Positions 47,905 to 57,743 of a stretch of DNA of 64,000 nucleotides are shown here, in pieces; position 1 is the first letter of the stretch; every line of letters starts with the position of its first letter. A program made the translations under genes and the position numbers. Origin of the DNA: Patescibacteria group bacterium. GTDB lineage: Bacteria; Patescibacteriota; Minisyncoccia; Phycocordibacterales; PALSA-1337. The stretch is taken from the NCBI GenBank assembly GCA_040388415.1, contig JAZKBV010000004.1:24069-88068 (forward strand). The letters are read 5' to 3'. The notes under the pieces were generated by a model that was not told the DNA's origin, searched no databases, and saw only the letters and a list, made by a program, of their open reading frames with translations.

Positions 47905-48918
47905 TTATCTCTTCGCCACAATCGCCTTCTTATATACACCCAAATGCTCGAGAGCGATACCAGTTCCCTTTGCTACACAGAGGAGCGGTTCTTCGGCTAG
48001 CTGTGCCTTAACGCCAGTGCGACGGAATACAAGCTCAGGAAGGTTACGGAGCAGTGACGAACCACCAGTGAGCATGATGCCCTGATCGATGATATCAGCA
48101 GCGAGCTCAGGCGGTGTCTCTTGGAGAACGTCTTTGATCGCTTTGATCATATCGCGGAGCTCGGCAGTGATCGCTTTGACGATCTCATTTGTCTTGATCT
48201 CAGTTGAGCGTGGGAGACCGGTGATGAAGTCGCGACCCTTAACCTGCATCGAGAGCTCCTGATCGAGCGGAATAGCTGAGCCAATATTCATTTTGATATT
48301 TTCTGCCATATGATCACCGATAGCGAGGTTAAATGTTTTCTTTACATAATCAGTGATAGCATTGTCGATTTTATTTCCTGCGCACTTCACCGACGTCGAT
48401 GAAACGATACCGCCGAGAGAAATAACTGCGACGTCAGTTGTACCGCCACCGATATCTACCACCATATGACCTTTTGCTTCATGAATAGGAATGCCTGCAC
48501 CGATTGCAGCGAGAATAGGCTCTTTGACAACATATGCATTCTTGGCACCAGCACGAATAGCAGCTTCGATGACCGCACGACGCTCGGTAGATGTAACACC
48601 TGCGGGAACAGAGACCATGACATCAGGTTTGAAAAGATTGAAACGACCGAGTGCTTTGTCGATGAAATAGCGGAGCATTGCTTCGGTCACACGATAGTCA
48701 GCGATAACCCCATCTTTCATAGGACGATAGGCGACAATCGTATCTGGCGTACGACCGACCATTTCTTTTGCCTCGACGCCAACAGCAAGAACTTTCTTAT
48801 CGACTTCAGAGATAGCGACGACGGTTGGTTCATTGAGAACGATTCCCTTTCCAGGCACAAAAACAAGAGTATTTGCCGTACCCAAATCAATGCCGAGTTT
48901 TGGAGAAAACATGTTCAT
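47905..48918 (-). CDS. mbl: Second MreB/Mbl-like actin homolog
   Basis: LGIDLGTANTLVFV. 337 aa and colinear with MreB at 41344-42414. Confidence 0.85.
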   Translation of the reverse strand: MNMFSPKLGIDLGTANTLVFVPGKGIVLNEPTVVAISEVDKKVLAVGVEAKEMVGRTPDTIVAYRPMKDGVIADYRVTEAMLRYFIDKALGRFNLFKPDVMVSVPAGVTSTERRAVIEAAIRAGAKNAYVVKEPILAAIGAGIPIHEAKGHMVVDIGGGTTDVAVISLGGIVSSTSVKCAGNKIDNAITDYVKKTFNLAIGDHMAENIKMNIGSAIPLDQELSMQVKGRDFITGLPRSTEIKTNEIVKAITAELRDMIKAIKDVLQETPPELAADIIDQGIMLTGGSSLLRNLPELVFRRTGVKAQLAEEPLLCVAKGTGIALEHLGVYKKAIVAKR

Positions 48919-48938
48919 TCGTACTGGCGACTATAGCA

Positions 48939-50267
48939 CTAGTTCTCCTTCCTTTCAATCTTTGCTCCCAGCATTTGCAAGCGGTATTCCAACTTCTCAT
49001 ACCCCCTATCTATAAGATGAATGTTGGTGATAGTGAACTGACCTTTACCCGCAAGCGCTGCCATAACCACCGCAAATCCGGCACGGATATCGCGCGCCTC
49101 AAGAGTAGATCCTTCTGGCTGTGCTTTGAATGCTGTTGGGCCATTGATGCTGATCTCGCGCGGATTGAGGAATGAGATGCCTGCACCGATCGTATTTAGA
49201 TCTTCCACATACTTGTAGCGTCCCTCATAAATAGTTTCAAAAACTTTACTCTTGCCATTTGTCTGCGTGAGATATGTTACGAGTGGCGCTTGCAAATCGG
49301 TTGGAAAACCGGGGTACTCATGCGTGCGAATATCGGCGACAGAACTAAGCAGAGATGTTGGCGCAACATTATTTACGATTTTAATTGTGGTTGGCTCAAT
49401 AACAAGTGGCACGCCAGAATCGCGGAGTAGATTGATGAGCGACTCAACATGCTTTGGTTCACAGTCAGTGATAGACATATCTTGCGCGCACAATGCCCCG
49501 AGCAACAGATAACTACCCGTTTCGATACGATCCGGAATGGTCACATACGGATGCTTCTTCGCTGAGAGGAGTTTGCCCCCAGTGCCCGTGATCTCGATCG
49601 TCGGTGTACCAACGCCACGAATATCTGCACCACAAGCATTGAGCCACTCGGCAACATTGACGATCTCTGGTTCCATAGCACAATTTTTGAGGATAGTCGT
49701 ACCGCTACTGAGCACCGCTGCCATCATAAGCGTTTCGGTGCCGCCGACGGTTTGTTTATTAAAAAATATCTCTGTCTCATGAAGCTTGTTCGGTGCAGTT
49801 ATATAATATGAGTTCTTATCTTCATCAATCTTGGCGCCCATCTTTTTGTAACCATCGATGAAAAGGTCGATCGGGCGTGCGCCGATGACGCAACCTCCTG
49901 GTGTTGGGAATGAGACTTTGTTGTAACGCGCAAGCAAAGGACCCGTGAGCACAACTGATGCGCGCATACTGCCAGCGAGGTTTGGATCGATATCTGTCGA
50001 GGCAATACGAGCCACCTCTATCTTGAGTGATAGTTCGCCGTCAGTGAATATGCGCTCAACTGTTGCACCAAGCTTAGTGAGTATCGTGCCCATGGTCAGT
50101 ACATCAGCATTATCAGGGATATTTTCGAGCATGACAGGACCGTCAAAGAGGATCGCTGCTGCCATAGCTTTGAGCGCGGCATTCTTTGCCCCTTGGATAG
50201 AGACTGAACCTGTGAGCATCTTTTCGCCAGCAAGACCGGTGATGTGGAAGGATTGTTTTGGATTCAT
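48939..50267 (-). CDS. murA: UDP-N-acetylglucosamine 1-carboxyvinyltransferase
   Basis: MNPKQSFHITG...GAKNAALK and the EPSP-synthase-fold repeats. 442 aa. Confidence 0.9.
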   Translation of the reverse strand: MNPKQSFHITGLAGEKMLTGSVSIQGAKNAALKAMAAAILFDGPVMLENIPDNADVLTMGTILTKLGATVERIFTDGELSLKIEVARIASTDIDPNLAGSMRASVVLTGPLLARYNKVSFPTPGGCVIGARPIDLFIDGYKKMGAKIDEDKNSYYITAPNKLHETEIFFNKQTVGGTETLMMAAVLSSGTTILKNCAMEPEIVNVAEWLNACGADIRGVGTPTIEITGTGGKLLSAKKHPYVTIPDRIETGSYLLLGALCAQDMSITDCEPKHVESLINLLRDSGVPLVIEPTTIKIVNNVAPTSLLSSVADIRTHEYPGFPTDLQAPLVTYLTQTNGKSKVFETIYEGRYKYVEDLNTIGAGISFLNPREISINGPTAFKAQPEGSTLEARDIRAGFAVVMAALAGKGQFTITNIHLIDRGYEKLEYRLQMLGAKIERKEN

Positions 50268-50291
50268 GGAAAGTATTAATATCGAGCGTCC

Positions 50292-50837
50292 CTACATTCT
50301 AGACGAAATTGTAAGTCTTGGGAAATAACGGTCGCCGAAAAAGTTTGACAAAATTCTTTGGTTTTCTATACTATAAGTACGTGAAGAGGTTCTTATCTTC
50401 ACGACATTGGCTTCGGCCTCCAAGGACCCCACAATTGTGGGGTCTGTTACATTTATGAGAAGGCTACAGACACAACCAACAACAGTATTAAAATCAGTGA
50501 CAGACATTACCCCGATCTTTTTACCGAGACGACGACTATCGAAAGATCTCACGTGAAGCAGTAGTAGGTCCGTTTTTCTTCCCCTTAGAACATAATGAAA
50601 CCTGAATTGTTCCTCGCTGATCGTCGTAGTGAATGGTACCCCTAAAAATATCGTCTGAGTGAATTTCTTGAGGACTAAGATTGGCCTGCTAAAATCACCT
50701 GAATAAGAATCCTGTTCTGATCCGATATTTACACCTATTTTGCACCACCAAATCTCACGTTCATGAAAATTAACCGGACGACGTTCGTTGTTGATGATCT
50801 TTTTGTATTCATTCCATGTATCAAAATCTTTTGGCAT
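50292..50837 (-). CDS. MazF/PemK-family endoribonuclease toxin-like protein with N- and C-terminal extensions, no adjacent antitoxin gene
   Basis: REIWWCKIGVNIGSEQDSYSGDFSRPILVL...GVPFTTT...HVRSFDSRRLGKKIGVMSVTDFNTVVGCVCSLLI aligns with MazF (GDLIWVDFDPTKGSEQ...RPAVVLS...VPCTT...IRS.D.R...). A TTGTAA-N16-TAAAAT promoter ends 6 nt before the ATG, so the mRNA looks leaderless. Confidence 0.6.
   Translation of the reverse strand: MPKDFDTWNEYKKIINNERRPVNFHEREIWWCKIGVNIGSEQDSYSGDFSRPILVLKKFTQTIFLGVPFTTTISEEQFRFHYVLRGRKTDLLLLHVRSFDSRRLGKKIGVMSVTDFNTVVGCVCSLLINVTDPTIVGSLEAEANVVKIRTSSRTYSIENQRILSNFFGDRYFPRLTISSRM
50344..50443 (+). promoter_or_regulatory. Convergent sigma70 promoter (TTGACA-N16-TATACT) plus three consecutive hairpins, antisense to the 3' part of the mazF-like ORF
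   Basis: -35 at 50344-50349 and -10 at 50366-50371. Hairpins: GTGAAGAggttcttATCTTCAC (50380-50402), GGCttcgGCC (50408-50417), and the perfect palindrome GACCCCACAATTGTGGGGTC (50424-50443). Confidence 0.5.
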
Positions 50838-50871
50838 CCAGATATTTTATTCTTCTGGGAGGAAATTTACA

Positions 50872-50913
50872 AATAAAAAAACAGTCCGCGTCTCAACATG
50901 AGAAACGGACTGT
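50872..50913 (-). terminator. Intrinsic terminator after the 157-aa gene (minus strand)
   Basis: On the minus strand, ACAGTCCGTTTCTCATGTTGAGACGCGGACTGT is followed by TTTTTTTATTT. Confidence 0.75.
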
Positions 50914-50932
50914 TGTGATTGAAGACCACTGA

Positions 50933-51406
50933 TCAATGTTTTGATTTACTGTGGACCCACACATTGTCACCAAAGAAAACTTGTAGTGGAGTTCCATTGC
51001 TTGATCCACTCATCGCTAAAAAGTTTACTGAAACATGAAAGAATGGGACCCTGGGTGATTTTTTCGAGAAGAAATTCACACTTAAGCGAAGAGTTCTCGA
51101 TTGCACACCCGGAAATTCCACACTACTTTCAAAAACCATTGACTGTTCAAGTCTGCAGGCTTTTTGTGCTGCCTCACGGAATTCATAGTATGAGGTTTCA
51201 TCGCCCTTTTTATCTGGGACCCAATCGTTACAAAGAATTTGATCAATCTCAAACTTGGTAAAAATAAATGAGCAGGCATTTGTTCTTGATGAAACATGTT
51301 CTGCGTGAACGCAAAATTTATTTCCAACTTCTTTGGCTGATAACCAAACTGCATGATCATCAGCAGACGTGACTGATGGATTGAACCGCGTTATTTTTCG
51401 TATCAT
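50933..51406 (-). CDS. Hypothetical protein
   Basis: An AAAAGGAGAA RBS 7 nt upstream of the ATG. 157 aa with no recognisable domain. Confidence 0.5.
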   Translation of the reverse strand: MIRKITRFNPSVTSADDHAVWLSAKEVGNKFCVHAEHVSSRTNACSFIFTKFEIDQILCNDWVPDKKGDETSYYEFREAAQKACRLEQSMVFESSVEFPGVQSRTLRLSVNFFSKKSPRVPFFHVSVNFLAMSGSSNGTPLQVFFGDNVWVHSKSKH

Positions 51407-51569
51407 AATGATTCTCCTTTTGGGAATGGCTCATGTGTAGGGCCATATGGTTTTATTTCAACACGGCTTCCATAAAATGGGGCCGATAACTACTCGGGTA
51501 CAATTATACCACCATAAATACCATTCTGTCAATCCTCCCTCAACCCTTAAAATAAGCTATATTCAAGCC

Positions 51570-53555
51570 ATGAACCTGATAACCGTCATTCCGCTCACCC
51601 GTCAGAAAGTGGCTCCAACACTTTCGTATTTTACCTCGTCGGTTGTACCGGTTGGCGCTATCGTGACCGTCCCCCTCCGTTCAAAGACGATCAGTGCTAT
51701 CGTCTCAGACTCGCGTCCTGTGGCAGACGTCAAAGCAGACGTGAAAAGCGCGCCGTTCGAAATACGCAAGTTGGGCGCCGTCAAAGCCATCGCCTTCTTC
51801 CCTCCTTCATTCATCGAAGCATGTCGTTCGCTCGCCCTTCACTATGCCACTACTACAGGCAGCATCATCGACGCAATCATTCCTGACATCTTGATGGAAA
51901 ATGCACACAAGATCACTCCCCCCAACTCCGCACTCCCAACTTCTATCTCCAATGCGATACCTAACGAAGTCTACGTAGTCCAAGGCGACGATGCTGACCG
52001 CTTTAGCACGTGGCGCAGTCTGATCCGTCAGGAGTTCGCACGAAAAAAATCGGTTGTCTTTCATACGCCTACAATCGAAGATGCAAAGAACATGTTCAAA
52101 CTCCTCGAAAAAGGCATTGAGGGATATATTTTTATTCTTCATAACAAGCTCGCCAAAAAAGAAATCATCGAAACATGGGAGCTGATCGCAAAAACAGATC
52201 ATGCAGTGGCTATTATTACTGCCGGCATATTCCCCCTTCTTCCTCGCAACGATATCTCATCGGTCGTCATTGAGAGAGAAAACGGCCGTGGCTGGATATC
52301 ACCAAAGATGCCATACATGGACTTGCGCAAAGCGTTCGAGATCATCAACAAGCTCGCGCCCGGCAGAAATATATATCTTGCTGATAGTCTGCTCCGTAAC
52401 GAGACACTTCATCGTCTCGATCGTAACGAAATCTCACAGGGTTCACCATTCAAGTGGCGCTCCATCTCTACCGCCATTGATACACTCATCAATATGGTGC
52501 CGGAGAGGTCACAAGAGATAAGAGATAAGAGCTTGGAGGTAAGAAAAGACACAGAAACTATAGATGCTGACTCTAAGCTCCTAGCTCCTAGCTCCAATCT
52601 CTCTTTTCGTATCCTCTCTCCAGAGCTCGAGCGTTTGATCACCACAAATCGGGATGAGAATAGTCACCTCTTCATCTATGCGGTACGTAGAGGCCTCGCC
52701 ACCATGACAGTCTGTAGCGACTGTGAGACCATCGTAACGTGTGCCTCATGCTCATCACCGGTGGTCCTGCATGCATCAAAAGAAACGGGCAGAAACTTCT
52801 TCATGTGCCACGTCTGCGGTATTCGTCGCAGTGCCGATGAGGTCTGTCGCGTATGCGGAGGCTGGAGACTAACCGCGCTCGGCATCGGCCTCGATCGCGT
52901 CGAACAAGAGATCAAAGCAAAGTACCCGAACATCGACGTATACAAGATAGACGCCGATATCACCAAGACAGACAAACAGATCGCTGCAACGCTCGATAAG
53001 TTCCGTTCAAAACCGGGCAGTATATTACTTGGTACAGAAATCGCATCTTTGCACTTACATGAAACTGTTGATCATTGCGCTATCGTATCACTAGATTCAT
53101 TATTTGCTCTCCCTGACTTCCGCATACCGGAAAAGATAATGTATACGCTCATCCGCCTGCGCACGCTTGCCAGCCGTTCGATACTCGTACAGACGCGCCG
53201 TATAGAAGAAAAAGTATTCGAGTATGGCCTCAAAGGAAACTTGAGCGACTTTCATCGTGAGACTATCAGTGAGCGTCGCCGTTTTGGATATCCGCCATTT
53301 ATGACGCTCATCAAGATTAGTATTGAGGGTAAAAAGGATTCTATTGCAGAACAGATGGCTGACATTCAGAAAATCATTGAGCCTTATGAAATAGACATAT
53401 TTCCTGCATTCACTGGCGCTGCGCGAGGCAACTCCATCATCCACGGGCTCCTCAAATTACCACCTGAAATGTGGCCGAACATTGAGCTTGCCGAAAAGCT
53501 TCGCAATCTTCCTCAAAATGTCAGCGTGAAAGTCGATCCGGAGAGCTTGTTGTAG
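51570..53555 (+). CDS. priA: Primosomal protein N' (PriA)-like, helicase Walker A motif absent
   Basis: N-terminal 3'-DNA-binding-like region (VIPLTRQKV...VPVGAIVTVPL). A C-terminal Cys-rich zinc-binding region (CSDCETIVTCASCSSPVV...CHVCGIRRSADEVCRVCGG). A GSGKT/S P-loop was not found where expected (YVVQGDDADRFSTW). Confidence 0.7.
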   Translation: MNLITVIPLTRQKVAPTLSYFTSSVVPVGAIVTVPLRSKTISAIVSDSRPVADVKADVKSAPFEIRKLGAVKAIAFFPPSFIEACRSLALHYATTTGSIIDAIIPDILMENAHKITPPNSALPTSISNAIPNEVYVVQGDDADRFSTWRSLIRQEFARKKSVVFHTPTIEDAKNMFKLLEKGIEGYIFILHNKLAKKEIIETWELIAKTDHAVAIITAGIFPLLPRNDISSVVIERENGRGWISPKMPYMDLRKAFEIINKLAPGRNIYLADSLLRNETLHRLDRNEISQGSPFKWRSISTAIDTLINMVPERSQEIRDKSLEVRKDTETIDADSKLLAPSSNLSFRILSPELERLITTNRDENSHLFIYAVRRGLATMTVCSDCETIVTCASCSSPVVLHASKETGRNFFMCHVCGIRRSADEVCRVCGGWRLTALGIGLDRVEQEIKAKYPNIDVYKIDADITKTDKQIAATLDKFRSKPGSILLGTEIASLHLHETVDHCAIVSLDSLFALPDFRIPEKIMYTLIRLRTLASRSILVQTRRIEEKVFEYGLKGNLSDFHRETISERRRFGYPPFMTLIKISIEGKKDSIAEQMADIQKIIEPYEIDIFPAFTGAARGNSIIHGLLKLPPEMWPNIELAEKLRNLPQNVSVKVDPESLL

Positions 53556-53589
53556 TAACATTGCCAAAACTCCACAAAATAGGTATTAT

Positions 53590-54126
53590 TTGCCCATGCT
53601 CGAAATCGTCCAACAAAAGGACCCCGTCCTCAGAAAAAAGGCTAAACCCGTCCCTTCATCGATGATCGGAACACCTGAACTGACCAAAGTGCTCAATGAT
53701 ATGCGCAGAGCTATGGCAACCCAAAAAGATGGCGTGGCAATCGCTGCCCCACAAATCGGCGCATCACTGCAAATCTTCATGGTCTCTGGCGCAGTGTTGA
53801 GCAAAGCCGACCAAGACTATGCTGGCGATACCACTGATCTCGTCTTCATAAATCCTACCATCACCAAACTTTCAAAAGATAAAAAACTCGTTGAAGAAGG
53901 GTGCCTCTCAGTCCGTTGGCTCTACGGCACTATCAAGCGCTCTACCCGCGCATCGATCACTGCCCTCAATGAGAAAGGAGAAAAAGTAGAACGTGGTGCA
54001 TCTGGTTTGCTCGCACAAATATTCCAACATGAGACAGATCACCTCAAAGGAACACTGTTTATTGATGGCGCAGAAGAAGTATGGGAAATGAGCGAGGAAG
54101 AGATTGCGCAAGCTCAGGGAAAGTAA
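53590..54126 (+). CDS. def: Peptide deformylase
   Basis: GVAIAAPQIG (motif 1), EGCLSV (motif 2) and QHETDHL (motif 3). Confidence 0.9.
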   Translation: MPMLEIVQQKDPVLRKKAKPVPSSMIGTPELTKVLNDMRRAMATQKDGVAIAAPQIGASLQIFMVSGAVLSKADQDYAGDTTDLVFINPTITKLSKDKKLVEEGCLSVRWLYGTIKRSTRASITALNEKGEKVERGASGLLAQIFQHETDHLKGTLFIDGAEEVWEMSEEEIAQAQGK

Positions 54127-54167
54127 GAGGTAACACGAATCAACGAATGAACACACGAATACCACAA

Positions 54168-55079
54168 ATGTCCGACCTATCGCCTATTCCCTTTGTGTAT
54201 TTTGGTAGTTCACGCCTGTCAGTTATTGTCTTGGACGAGTTGCTCAGACTTGGCTATAAGCCTACACTGATTGTCACTACTACCGATAAGCCTCAAGGAA
54301 GAAAATTGATTGTCACGCCTAATGTCGTTAAGACATGGGCAGTCGAGCACAATATTCAAGTACTCAGTCCTGCAAAACTCGATAGTGAATTCATTGCGCC
54401 ATTGGTTATTGGAAATTGGTCATTATTTATTGTTGCCTCGTATGGAAAAATTATCCCCACGAGCATAATTGAATTACCTAAGTTCAAAACCCTAAATATT
54501 CACCCTTCTCTCTTACCACAGTATCGCGGTGCATCACCACTCCCTACTGCCATCCTTGAAGATACAAAGAAGACCGGTGTATCAATCATGCAACTCGATG
54601 CGGAGATGGATCATGGACCAGTTATCGTTCAGAAAGAAATCAATATTGCTGATCATTTCAAAGAGTGGCCAACATACGAAGATTTTGAAGAATTCATGGC
54701 TAAACAAGGTGCACTGCTATTGGCAGATGTTCTACCAGACTGGGTAGCAGGAAAAATTACCCCGCACGAACAAGATCATTCAAAAGCGACCTATACAAAA
54801 AAAATCACCAAAGAAGATGGTTTGATTGATTTTAACGTTGAAGAATTAAAAAATCTCACAAAGATTTCACCTGATCGCGCATATAGACTATTTCGCAAGA
54901 TTCAAGCTTTCCATGAGTGGCCTCAAGCATATTTCTTCATTGAAAAAGATGACGCAAAAATACGCATCAAAATAACCAATGCTTCATTTGAACATAATAA
55001 ATTAACCATCGATACAGTTATCCCAGAAGGAAAAAAAGAGATGAGCTATAACGACTTTATTCGAGGCTATATACAGTAA
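54168..55079 (+). CDS. fmt: Methionyl-tRNA formyltransferase
   Basis: Formyl-transferase N-terminal domain (FGSSRLSVIVLDELL...NIHPSLLPQYRGASP) plus a C-terminal domain. Synteny after def. Confidence 0.85.
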   Translation: MSDLSPIPFVYFGSSRLSVIVLDELLRLGYKPTLIVTTTDKPQGRKLIVTPNVVKTWAVEHNIQVLSPAKLDSEFIAPLVIGNWSLFIVASYGKIIPTSIIELPKFKTLNIHPSLLPQYRGASPLPTAILEDTKKTGVSIMQLDAEMDHGPVIVQKEINIADHFKEWPTYEDFEEFMAKQGALLLADVLPDWVAGKITPHEQDHSKATYTKKITKEDGLIDFNVEELKNLTKISPDRAYRLFRKIQAFHEWPQAYFFIEKDDAKIRIKITNASFEHNKLTIDTVIPEGKKEMSYNDFIRGYIQ

Positions 55080-55293
55080 AACTACCTGAAGCTTATTTCG
55101 CTTGAAGCTCCTGAGTGATTTGTGCGTTGCTAGTCGCGATAGTAGAGAGTTGATCTTTGATGTAATACACAACCACCCAAATGGTCCATGAAACCATGAG
55201 ACCAATGCACAACCATTGATTAATCGGTTGTCTTATCGAGAGGCTGAAAAAGTTTTGGTTGAGCATACGCTCTAGTATACTATATTTCCCTTT

Positions 55294-55659
55294 TTAAAAT
55301 GGCCATATACCTTTCATCATCGCCTTTACTTGAGCGCCACCGCGTCTCATGAATGAAAGTTGCTTGCCTTTGCTTGCTTTGACTTCACGTATGACTTCAT
55401 CGCGCATCGCATCGATAGCTGCGTAAAGGTCACTGTCTTCAGCACTGGCATAGAGATCCTTGCCTTTGCCTACGATATGTATTTCCGCACGGAAAATATC
55501 ACCATTTTTGTGATGGGCAGTTGTTTTTGCCAGTTCCACGTCGCATATAAAAGAAGGGTCGCCACCAATTATTTTTGTTATTTTAAGCAATCGCTTGTCA
55601 GCATATTCTGAGATTGCAGGAGTAAGAGTTATACCAGTTGTTTTTATTTTGATATTCAT
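55294..55659 (-). CDS. hpf: Ribosome hibernation promoting factor / RaiA family
   Basis: MNIKIKTTGITLTPAISEYADKRL...IHIVGKGKDLYASAEDSDLYAAIDA matches the sigma-54 modulation protein family. Confidence 0.8.
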   Translation of the reverse strand: MNIKIKTTGITLTPAISEYADKRLLKITKIIGGDPSFICDVELAKTTAHHKNGDIFRAEIHIVGKGKDLYASAEDSDLYAAIDAMRDEVIREVKASKGKQLSFMRRGGAQVKAMMKGIWPF

Positions 55660-55807
55660 GTTATTGAAAATATCTAGCGAGCTGATAATGGAGACTCTGC
55701 ACCTATTATAGCGCATGCAAGTGGAGACGAACAAGATTGCTTTTTATTACTGAGTCTATGCCTTTACTACTACGCGCAAAATAAAACTGGTGCACAAAAA
55801 GTGTGGT

Positions 55808-56032
55808 CTAATTATTTTTATCGCTGATTTCTATGAGCTTACTCGGCGAATGGTGTCCGTTCACGATTTTCACTGCCCTGTTCGGGTACATTGAACACAT
55901 GATCTCAAGGATTCGCTTGTTGGCGAGACCACGTTCTGGTGGTTGACGGAGATACATCTCTATATGATCATCCTCTATTTTCTGGATGACTTCTTTTGGG
56001 GCACCTGTTATGACTCGGACTTTGATATACAT
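55808..56032 (-). CDS. DUF167/YggU-family protein
   Basis: IKVRVITGAPKEVI...LRQPPERGLANKRILEIM matches the YggU pattern (APP..G.AN..L...L). Confidence 0.55.
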   Translation of the reverse strand: MYIKVRVITGAPKEVIQKIEDDHIEMYLRQPPERGLANKRILEIMCSMYPNRAVKIVNGHHSPSKLIEISDKNN

Positions 56033-56128
56033 ATTTTGATTTCGGATACGATATATGGTACATTTTCACATACCTCTTATTGGAGAGGATACCATATTAC
56101 TGGTACTTCGTTTGAAAAGTAAATACAT

Positions 56129-56201
56129 TCCTCGGTAGCTCAGCTGGTAGAGCAGCTCGCTGTTAACGAGTTGGTCGTAGGTTCGAATCCTACCCGAGGA
56201 G
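56129..56201 (+). tRNA. tRNA-Asn (anticodon GTT); its 3' end is overlapped by the recombinase gene (integration site)
   Basis: TCCTCGGTAGCTCAGCTGGTAGAGCAGCTCGCTGTTAACGAGTTGGTCGTAGGTTCGAATCCTACCCGAGGAG. Confidence 0.85.
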
Positions 56202-57743
56202 CATTGTAGGACGAGAGGGCACAAAAGTGCTCTCTTTTCTTTTTATGGAGCCATTATTTTCTGGTTCGAAAGTGTTATTAAGTAAAGGCACCCATTTAGC
56301 AAGAAATTCAAAGGCTAAAGTGTATTGTGGGGCTATAACATTAGCTTTCATTGAGATGTTCGAAAATATCTGACTTAAAAGCAATCTCTTTTGCTCAACA
56401 GTCGTCTTTGGACCCAAATATATATCTTTTGCCTTCATAGCTAGCTCATGAATTGAATACCCTGCTTCGTAATATCTCTGACGGTCCTCAGAAAGTTTTT
56501 TTAATGAATCCAACAGGACTTCATTTTCTCTTTTTGTATCTTCAAAGACCTTTGTGTACATCTCTCCAGTAATGGCACCATCCAGTTTATCCATATAAAC
56601 TTTCTCCATTCTGTTGTCATTACGCTTAATGAGCCTAGATATCTCTTCTTTCCTGAGACCATGTTCTTGAATCTCATCTGCATGACTTTCTTTTAATGCT
56701 TTTTCTAACCACGCAATAACCCTAGGATTTTTAGGGGCTATCTTGTCGAAATAAGCAAAAAGCTCTTTTTCAACCTCTTCCTGTCGAATCCATTTAGCCT
56801 TTGGACAGCCTTTATAATAATTACAGTGCCCATACCAATGCCCTTTTTGAGTCTCCCATGTAATCACACCTTTACATACCTCACAGTTAAGCTTCGCTTT
56901 GAATACTGGAGTGTGTTTTCTATATGAAGGAGACTGATTTTTACGGTTTAATTTATCTTGAACAAGATTAAATAATTCTTGTGAAATCAATGGCTCATGC
57001 TTTCCTTGATAAATCTCATTGTTCCACCTTATCTTTCCGTAGTAGAAAGGGTCACTCAAAAAATCATGCATTCTCGTCTTACCTACTCTGGTTCCAAAAT
57101 TATTTCTAAATCCCTCCTTATACAAAACATTACTCAGTTCTTGGACCGAATAGTTGCCAGTTGAATACAGGTCAAACATCCGCTTTATATACTGAGCCTT
57201 TTCAGGATTAATTACATGTATCTTATGACCCTTTTCTCCTTGTGATTTATAACCTAATGGTGCCCTAACAGGTGCCCAGCCTTGAGAAAGCTTCTCTTTC
57301 TGCCCTTTGCGGACCTCTTCAGACAAATTTGATATATACTTCTTAGCCAAAACTATTTCAATGTCCCATCTAAACCTTTCATCAGATTTTGCATTTCTGT
57401 GTATCACTAAATTTTGCTTCACAAAGTGAATCTTGCGATTTACATCAGCATCAATCCAATCGTTCGCCACGACTGCTTCCTTGAGGTTTCTAGTTAGTCG
57501 GTCAACCTTTTCGCACAACAGATTATTAACCCCATTCTTAGTCATGTAATCAATCATGTCTGAAAACACCTTTCTTTGCTTTGCACCACTTGCAGATTCA
57601 GCAACAGAAAAAGTTTTTACTACCTTCATATCCTTTCTTTGCGCATGTTCCTCTAGCAACTTCTCTTGTGCTGGCAAAGAATAGCCAGTTTCCTCCTGTT
57701 CTTTTGAACTCACTCGGGCATATATAACAGCTTTTTCTTTCAT
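56190..57743 (-). CDS. Large serine recombinase (serine integrase)
   Basis: N-terminal resolvase catalytic domain (AVIYARVSSKEQ, catalytic Ser). Recombinase domain. Zinc-ribbon and coiled-coil region (CEVCKGVITWETQKGHWYGHCNYYKGCP). 517 aa. Confidence 0.85.
   Translation of the reverse strand: MKEKAVIYARVSSKEQEETGYSLPAQEKLLEEHAQRKDMKVVKTFSVAESASGAKQRKVFSDMIDYMTKNGVNNLLCEKVDRLTRNLKEAVVANDWIDADVNRKIHFVKQNLVIHRNAKSDERFRWDIEIVLAKKYISNLSEEVRKGQKEKLSQGWAPVRAPLGYKSQGEKGHKIHVINPEKAQYIKRMFDLYSTGNYSVQELSNVLYKEGFRNNFGTRVGKTRMHDFLSDPFYYGKIRWNNEIYQGKHEPLISQELFNLVQDKLNRKNQSPSYRKHTPVFKAKLNCEVCKGVITWETQKGHWYGHCNYYKGCPKAKWIRQEEVEKELFAYFDKIAPKNPRVIAWLEKALKESHADEIQEHGLRKEEISRLIKRNDNRMEKVYMDKLDGAITGEMYTKVFEDTKRENEVLLDSLKKLSEDRQRYYEAGYSIHELAMKAKDIYLGPKTTVEQKRLLLSQIFSNISMKANVIAPQYTLAFEFLAKWVPLLNNTFEPENNGSIKRKESTFVPSRPTMLLG

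Noticed and set aside
50933-51406. 157-aa protein as the antitoxin of the mazF-like gene
   Set aside because: A strong intrinsic terminator separates the two genes. The protein is twice the size of MazE/PemI-type antitoxins and has no RHH/AbrB-like N-terminus recognisable by eye. It is kept as hypothetical.
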